From the NCBI GenBank assembly GCA_026418955.1, contig JAOAAI010000014.1, positions 1-45,036 on the forward strand: DNA of 45,036 nucleotides, given 5' to 3'. This DNA comes from Candidatus Goldiibacteriota bacterium (GTDB lineage Bacteria; Oederibacteriota; PGYV01; DSYL01). Each line of letters begins with the position of its first letter. The stretch's first letter is position 1. Made by a program: the position numbers and the translations under genes. Shown here one piece after another: positions 42,501-45,036 of this stretch. A model generated the notes under the pieces. That model made no database searches. It was not told the DNA's origin and saw nothing but the letters and a program-made list of their open reading frames with translations.

Positions 42501-45015
42501 TTGTAGCAGCTGTATTTTCTGTATCATTTATACCTGAACTTGTCTTTGGTTCACCAGGGATTAAAAATTCTTCATACCAATCAGCAATAGGTGTTCCTGA
42601 CGGAGTTGGTGTTGGAGTTGGTGCTGTTATTAAGTATAATTGAAAATTAAAAACATTATTCGGACCTGAAATATTTGCATTAGGAAATGGCGGTGGTAAA
42701 AATGGTCCTGCTCCGCCACCATAATAACCAAAATAATCGCCCTCATTTGGTCCATTCATAATTCCATCGCCACTCTCATCTACAAATCCATAGATATAAT
42801 AGGTACCATTTGGTACGCCAATATTGTATTGGAATTTATTTGTTCCATTTGTTTTTCCAAAATAAATTGCAACCCATCCATTTCCACCGTCAGTATCATT
42901 ATCTATTACAACTGCGCAATCTTTATCATTTGATGAAGCAGGTAAAGTTATTGTGCCAAATACATTTGGCGGATATGTCTGCGTTGCTGTTGGCGTTGAT
43001 GTCGGGGTCCCAGTATTTGTTGGTGTATGTGTCCACCAGGTTCCTGTTGGTGTAGGAGTTGGTGTTGCTGTATTTGAATAGATATTCACAACCCAACCGG
43101 TCATCTGATACTTGTTCCCTTTAAAATCAGTTAAACCAATTGAAATCGTATGTGTGGTTCCTGGTATTCTTTGATAGGAAGGTAATCTGAATTGATATCT
43201 TATTGTATTATTTTCAGGTGCATTGCCTGAAACATCTTCAACTGGCATTCCGTCTGATGCTATTGTAATAATCTGTAATCCAGTTCCGAGTAATTTATCA
43301 CTAACAGTCACAAATAAATAATCATCACCGTATATATAACCGTTATTTTCTGGTATAAACTGCCCTGCCCAGGGATTAAACTTATCTATAAGTGGATTTA
43401 CTGTAAAGTTCAGATCCTGATCTATTAAATTACCACCGCTCACTGTGACGTTTTTTTCTACTTTATTAAAAAATGTATCCTGTCCAACTATTTTGTAATT
43501 CCCATTTTCTATTTTATCTGATGTGGTATAACTATCGCTGCCATATCCCATATCATAAAATTTGTAATTCCCAAACCCTGTATCTTTTAAAATAATACTT
43601 GCAGCTCCCCAGATACCTGTTTGAGTTAAAGGTATTCCGGAAAAATAATAATTACCTGATATAGAATAACCATTATTTATATAAATATATGTTGGAACCA
43701 TACTGCCGGGTGTTACATCATAAACTCTTCCTATAAAATAAGGCGGGCCATTTTGTGATTTTGCTATATCAACCGCTGCTAAATCATATAAATATCCTGG
43801 CGGAACATTTATTGTAAAAATCCCAGCAGAATTGCATATTCCTATATATGCAAGCATATCTGACATAACATCTGTTGTTCCAGATATAACTGCATAAACA
43901 CCAACCGAAGAAAGGTCAGGATAATCGCCTGTATTATCAATAACCTGACCAGTAATAACTGCACTTGGAACAGGACCAGTAAAATTAATCTGGGTAATTG
44001 GTGGTGCATTTAGAACTGGATTCCACATTGAAGGTCCCTGTCCTTCTACCCTGTAATCATATAACATTCCCATTGGTAAATTTTTTATCACAAAAGTATT
44101 TCCTGTAACATCCACGCTATAATATTCTGAAAAAGGTTCAAAATTTGAAGTGCCATCGGATTTAGGTAAACCAGCTGGTTTTACATAAACTTTTGAGCCA
44201 GGCATCATTGGCGATGGATTTAATGAACCGGAAACCGTTGCACCTGCACCAATATTATAATGAATAAAAGTTGTAAAACCATCCCTTACATTAACATTTG
44301 GCGTCCAGCTTATTGGCTGAGCTGCATACATACAATTATTAGTTCCTGTTTGTCTTGCCCACATCCAATAATTTCCAGCCTCTATATTATGTATTTCATA
44401 ATAAGTATTTACATTTGAGCAATTGCCAATCCAATCACCTGAATAAGGGTCTCTTATTATTATATCAACATTATTAGGCGCAGAAATATTTCCTGCAACC
44501 ACTCCTTCTTTATATACATCAAAATTAATATTATTAACTACCTGTCCTGAAAATGTTAATATAATCGGTGTTGTAAATTTTTTAGTAGTTCTTCCATACG
44601 CCCAGTCAGAGGCGCAACCCGGATACCACCACCTTCTTGCAACTAAATTTGTAATTTGAACTCCAACTGGTATTTTTATTGAATAATTTCCAGAAGAATC
44701 TGTTTGAGCACTGTTAATATAATTATTTTTATTTCTCGCTTCCACATTCACATTTGCAAGACCACTTGGACCTACTCCTATTAATTTTATATTCCCCTGA
44801 ATATAACCTGTATCAACAATTTCTATAGTTAAAATATATGGGATTGATGAGCTGCTGTTCCATTCGCTTTTAATCTGAATTGCATATAACCAATCCTGCG
44901 ATGATCTGTTAGATATGTCAACATATGCAACTGATGTTGTATTATCATAAGAACTTATATCTCCTCTTTGATTAAAGCCGCCCAAACCATCACTTTCATA
45001 TATAATAACTCTATA
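39505..45015 (-). CDS. Giant secreted/surface protein (>1836 aa, 5' truncated by the contig end) with a T9SS/FlgD-Ig-type C-terminal sorting domain
   Basis: The frame stays open upstream of the track's TTG start to the adapter (YRVIIYESDG...). It holds two about 640-aa homologous modules with CarboxypepD_reg-like units, a PPC-like domain (DNDCYKFKV...), PT linkers and a (T-X)n tract. The C-terminus is VKVMIYTRNGKLVKLIE...WDGRNDAGQKVAAGVYLIRIK. Confidence 0.8.
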   Translation of the reverse strand, partial: YRVIIYESDGLGGFNQRGDISSYDNTTSVAYVDISNRSSQDWLYAIQIKSEWNSSSSIPYILTIEIVDTGYIQGNIKLIGVGPSGLANVNVEARNKNNYINSAQTDSSGNYSIKIPVGVQITNLVARRWWYPGCASDWAYGRTTKKFTTPIILTFSGQVVNNINFDVYKEGVVAGNISAPNNVDIIIRDPYSGDWIGNCSNVNTYYEIHNIEAGNYWMWARQTGTNNCMYAAQPISWTPNVNVRDGFTTFIHYNIGAGATVSGSLNPSPMMPGSKVYVKPAGLPKSDGTSNFEPFSEYYSVDVTGNTFVIKNLPMGMLYDYRVEGQGPSMWNPVLNAPPITQINFTGPVPSAVITGQVIDNTGDYPDLSSVGVYAVISGTTDVMSDMLAYIGICNSAGIFTINVPPGYLYDLAAVDIAKSQNGPPYFIGRVYDVTPGSMVPTYIYINNGYSISGNYYFSGIPLTQTGIWGAASIILKDTGFGNYKFYDMGYGSDSYTTSDKIENGNYKIVGQDTFFNKVEKNVTVSGGNLIDQDLNFTVNPLIDKFNPWAGQFIPENNGYIYGDDYLFVTVSDKLLGTGLQIITIASDGMPVEDVSGNAPENNTIRYQFRLPSYQRIPGTTHTISIGLTDFKGNKYQMTGWVVNIYSNTATPTPTPTGTWWTHTPTNTGTPTSTPTATQTYPPNVFGTITLPASSNDKDCAVVIDNDTDGGNGWVAIYFGKTNGTNKFQYNIGVPNGTYYIYGFVDESGDGIMNGPNEGDYFGYYGGGAGPFLPPPFPNANISGPNNVFNFQLYLITAPTPTPTPSGTPIADWYEEFLIPGEPKTSSGINDTENTAATIPNYLNKKGIGYIANSTDNDCYKFKVLNAQNDPYKDILKITLEVPKGSFYYSIEVLEENMFGGWNYKGSAGASGGNSAVVYVDIYSHINEDWNYIVKVRSHYNSSSTQPYQLKIEILQTGYIAGILNLIGVGSSGLSGVNVEARSGNQFINSSTTNSTGFYQIRVPVNLPITSLRAIRYWYQGCASDWAYGRTTKVLQTPVKIISQGQFLPGNDFDVYKEGVIAGTITGALNNVDIVVLDPYINNDWIGNCNNVNSSYEIHNLEPGNYIVYAKQTGTNKWYEANQAMAYKENINVRDGFTTSVNFTIESGWTVNGVLNPTSLYGTEIRVQLAGGTKFGDNSPISDYYKVDLNGNTYEIRNIPTGIFDFIAGSGPSIWVPQKNVQVNGNKVVNFSGPNIDATISGQIIDHTGLYPDLSKVIIAALVSGTANLFDDNAFVYMGLSSASGNFNVGVPSQFMYYDLIAIDLNSMGGSPLFLGRAYDVITGTASTVIHINNGYSISGNQYFAGKTLDEIMARASVWVLKDMGGGVLKFYDFGSGETSYITGNFIEDGNYLIKSQGYFFNEAELPVYVNGANRINQDLNLSINPSKDKYYPYVGYLNPVIGGVIVDPNNDYLYFSISDKILGSGLQGEPDILVGGYPGVDVDHIDTGLNERRYKFRLPVAVRTPGNLAQISINVRDNQNNLYSTGYSWLVYIATSTITPTPTITGTPTETPTGTWFTNTPTNTFTETSTYTYTYTKTHTYTFTQTPSKTFTLTYTNTNTPTNTNTPTSTITNTSTSTLTHTSTWTSTLTSTETSTNTSTFTGTQTYTFTVTNTSTFTFTTTNTATETNTHTATYTATNTLTFTNTSTPTETVTGSQPPTGTNTNTPTNTSTYTQTYSPTNTFTITNTSTITETPTITPTPLPVDKLVLNKNLINISKNESIIIRIPEKYKGKEVKVMIYTRNGKLVKLIEKVSIDDDIAWDGRNDAGQKVAAGVYLIRIKIGEVIEVLKVAIIK
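39790..40413 (-). repeat. Coding low-complexity tract: about 208 codons of (Thr-X)n
   Basis: My translation includes TSTYTYTYTKTHTYTFTQT...TFTVTNTSTFTFTTTNTATETNTHTATYT. The 6-nt periodicity (ACN NNN) uses mixed Thr codons. Confidence 0.9.
40310..42360 (-). repeat. Internal module copy B of the giant gene (approximate bounds)
   Basis: Protein-level collinearity with copy A (e.g. QTGYIAGILNLIGVGSSGLSGVNVEARSGN vs DTGYIQGNIKLIGVGPSGLANVNVEARNKN, and CASDWAYGRTTK in both). DNA similarity is visible but diverged. Confidence 0.6.
43000..45015 (-). repeat. Internal module copy A of the giant gene (approximate bounds, truncated by the contig end)
   Basis: Offset of about 2.66 kb from copy B. Both copies end in a GTW(W/F)T(H/N)TPTNT linker. 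Confidence 0.6.
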
Positions 45016-45017
45016 TC

Positions 45018-45036
45018 CTGTCTCTTATACACATCT
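45018..45036. other. Tn5/Nextera mosaic-end (ME) adapter, a library artefact
   Basis: Exact CTGTCTCTTATACACATCT, the reverse complement of bases 1-19. Confidence 0.95.

Noticed and set aside
1-45036. 19-bp perfect terminal inverted repeats suggesting that the whole window is a composite transposon or mobile island
   Set aside because: The 19-mer is the synthetic Nextera/Tn5 mosaic end, not a natural IS50 end. No transposase or integrase is present. Both terminal genes are truncated rather than flanked by target duplications.

Overview
This 45,036-nt window looks like a metagenome-style contig from a strongly AT-rich, LPS-making (diderm) bacterium, probably an uncultivated lineage. Both termini carry the synthetic 19-nt Tn5/Nextera mosaic-end adapter, so the contig ends are library artefacts. 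They truncate the first gene (dctM) and the last gene (a giant surface protein).

Bases ~20-33,000 form an almost gap-free, single-strand (minus) envelope-biogenesis supercluster. Many junctions have 1-20 nt start/stop overlaps. Its contents are:
- A TatT-associated TRAP transporter.
- tldD and an RNase H.
- KDO genes kdsA, kdsB, kdsC and kdsD.
- ADP-heptose genes: gmhA, gmhB and two divergent split kinase/adenylyltransferase pairs flanking a GT9 heptosyltransferase.
- msbA, lptC-lptA-lptB and an LpxL-type acyltransferase.
- A TPR-SpoIID protein, manA and a fused M16 peptidase.
- An unusual sub-block: AllA-like cupin, PAP2 phosphatase fused to a DUF4097-like domain, RuBisCO-like protein (form IV-like, not a carboxylase) and a HEAT-repeat protein.

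The right third holds four units:
- A self-contained GT2 gene with its own promoter and terminator.
- A plus-strand orphan PAS histidine kinase co-transcribed with a 1043-aa GH5-like glycosidase.
- A PorV/PorQ-like outer-membrane protein on the minus strand.
- Directly upstream of that protein, a gene of more than 1836 aa (5' truncated) encoding a surface protein. It has a diverged internal tandem duplication of ~2.66 kb period, a ~208-aa (Thr-X)n tract and a T9SS/FlgD-Ig-type C-terminal sorting domain.

The main unexplained nucleotide-level signal is a family of intergenic heptanucleotide tandem repeats (CAGCAAT-like on the plus strand). Each array sits just 3' of a minus-strand stop codon at an operon break. 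I saw no rRNA, tRNA, CRISPR array, transposase or recognisable defence system. All family assignments come from motif recognition by eye, not from database searches.
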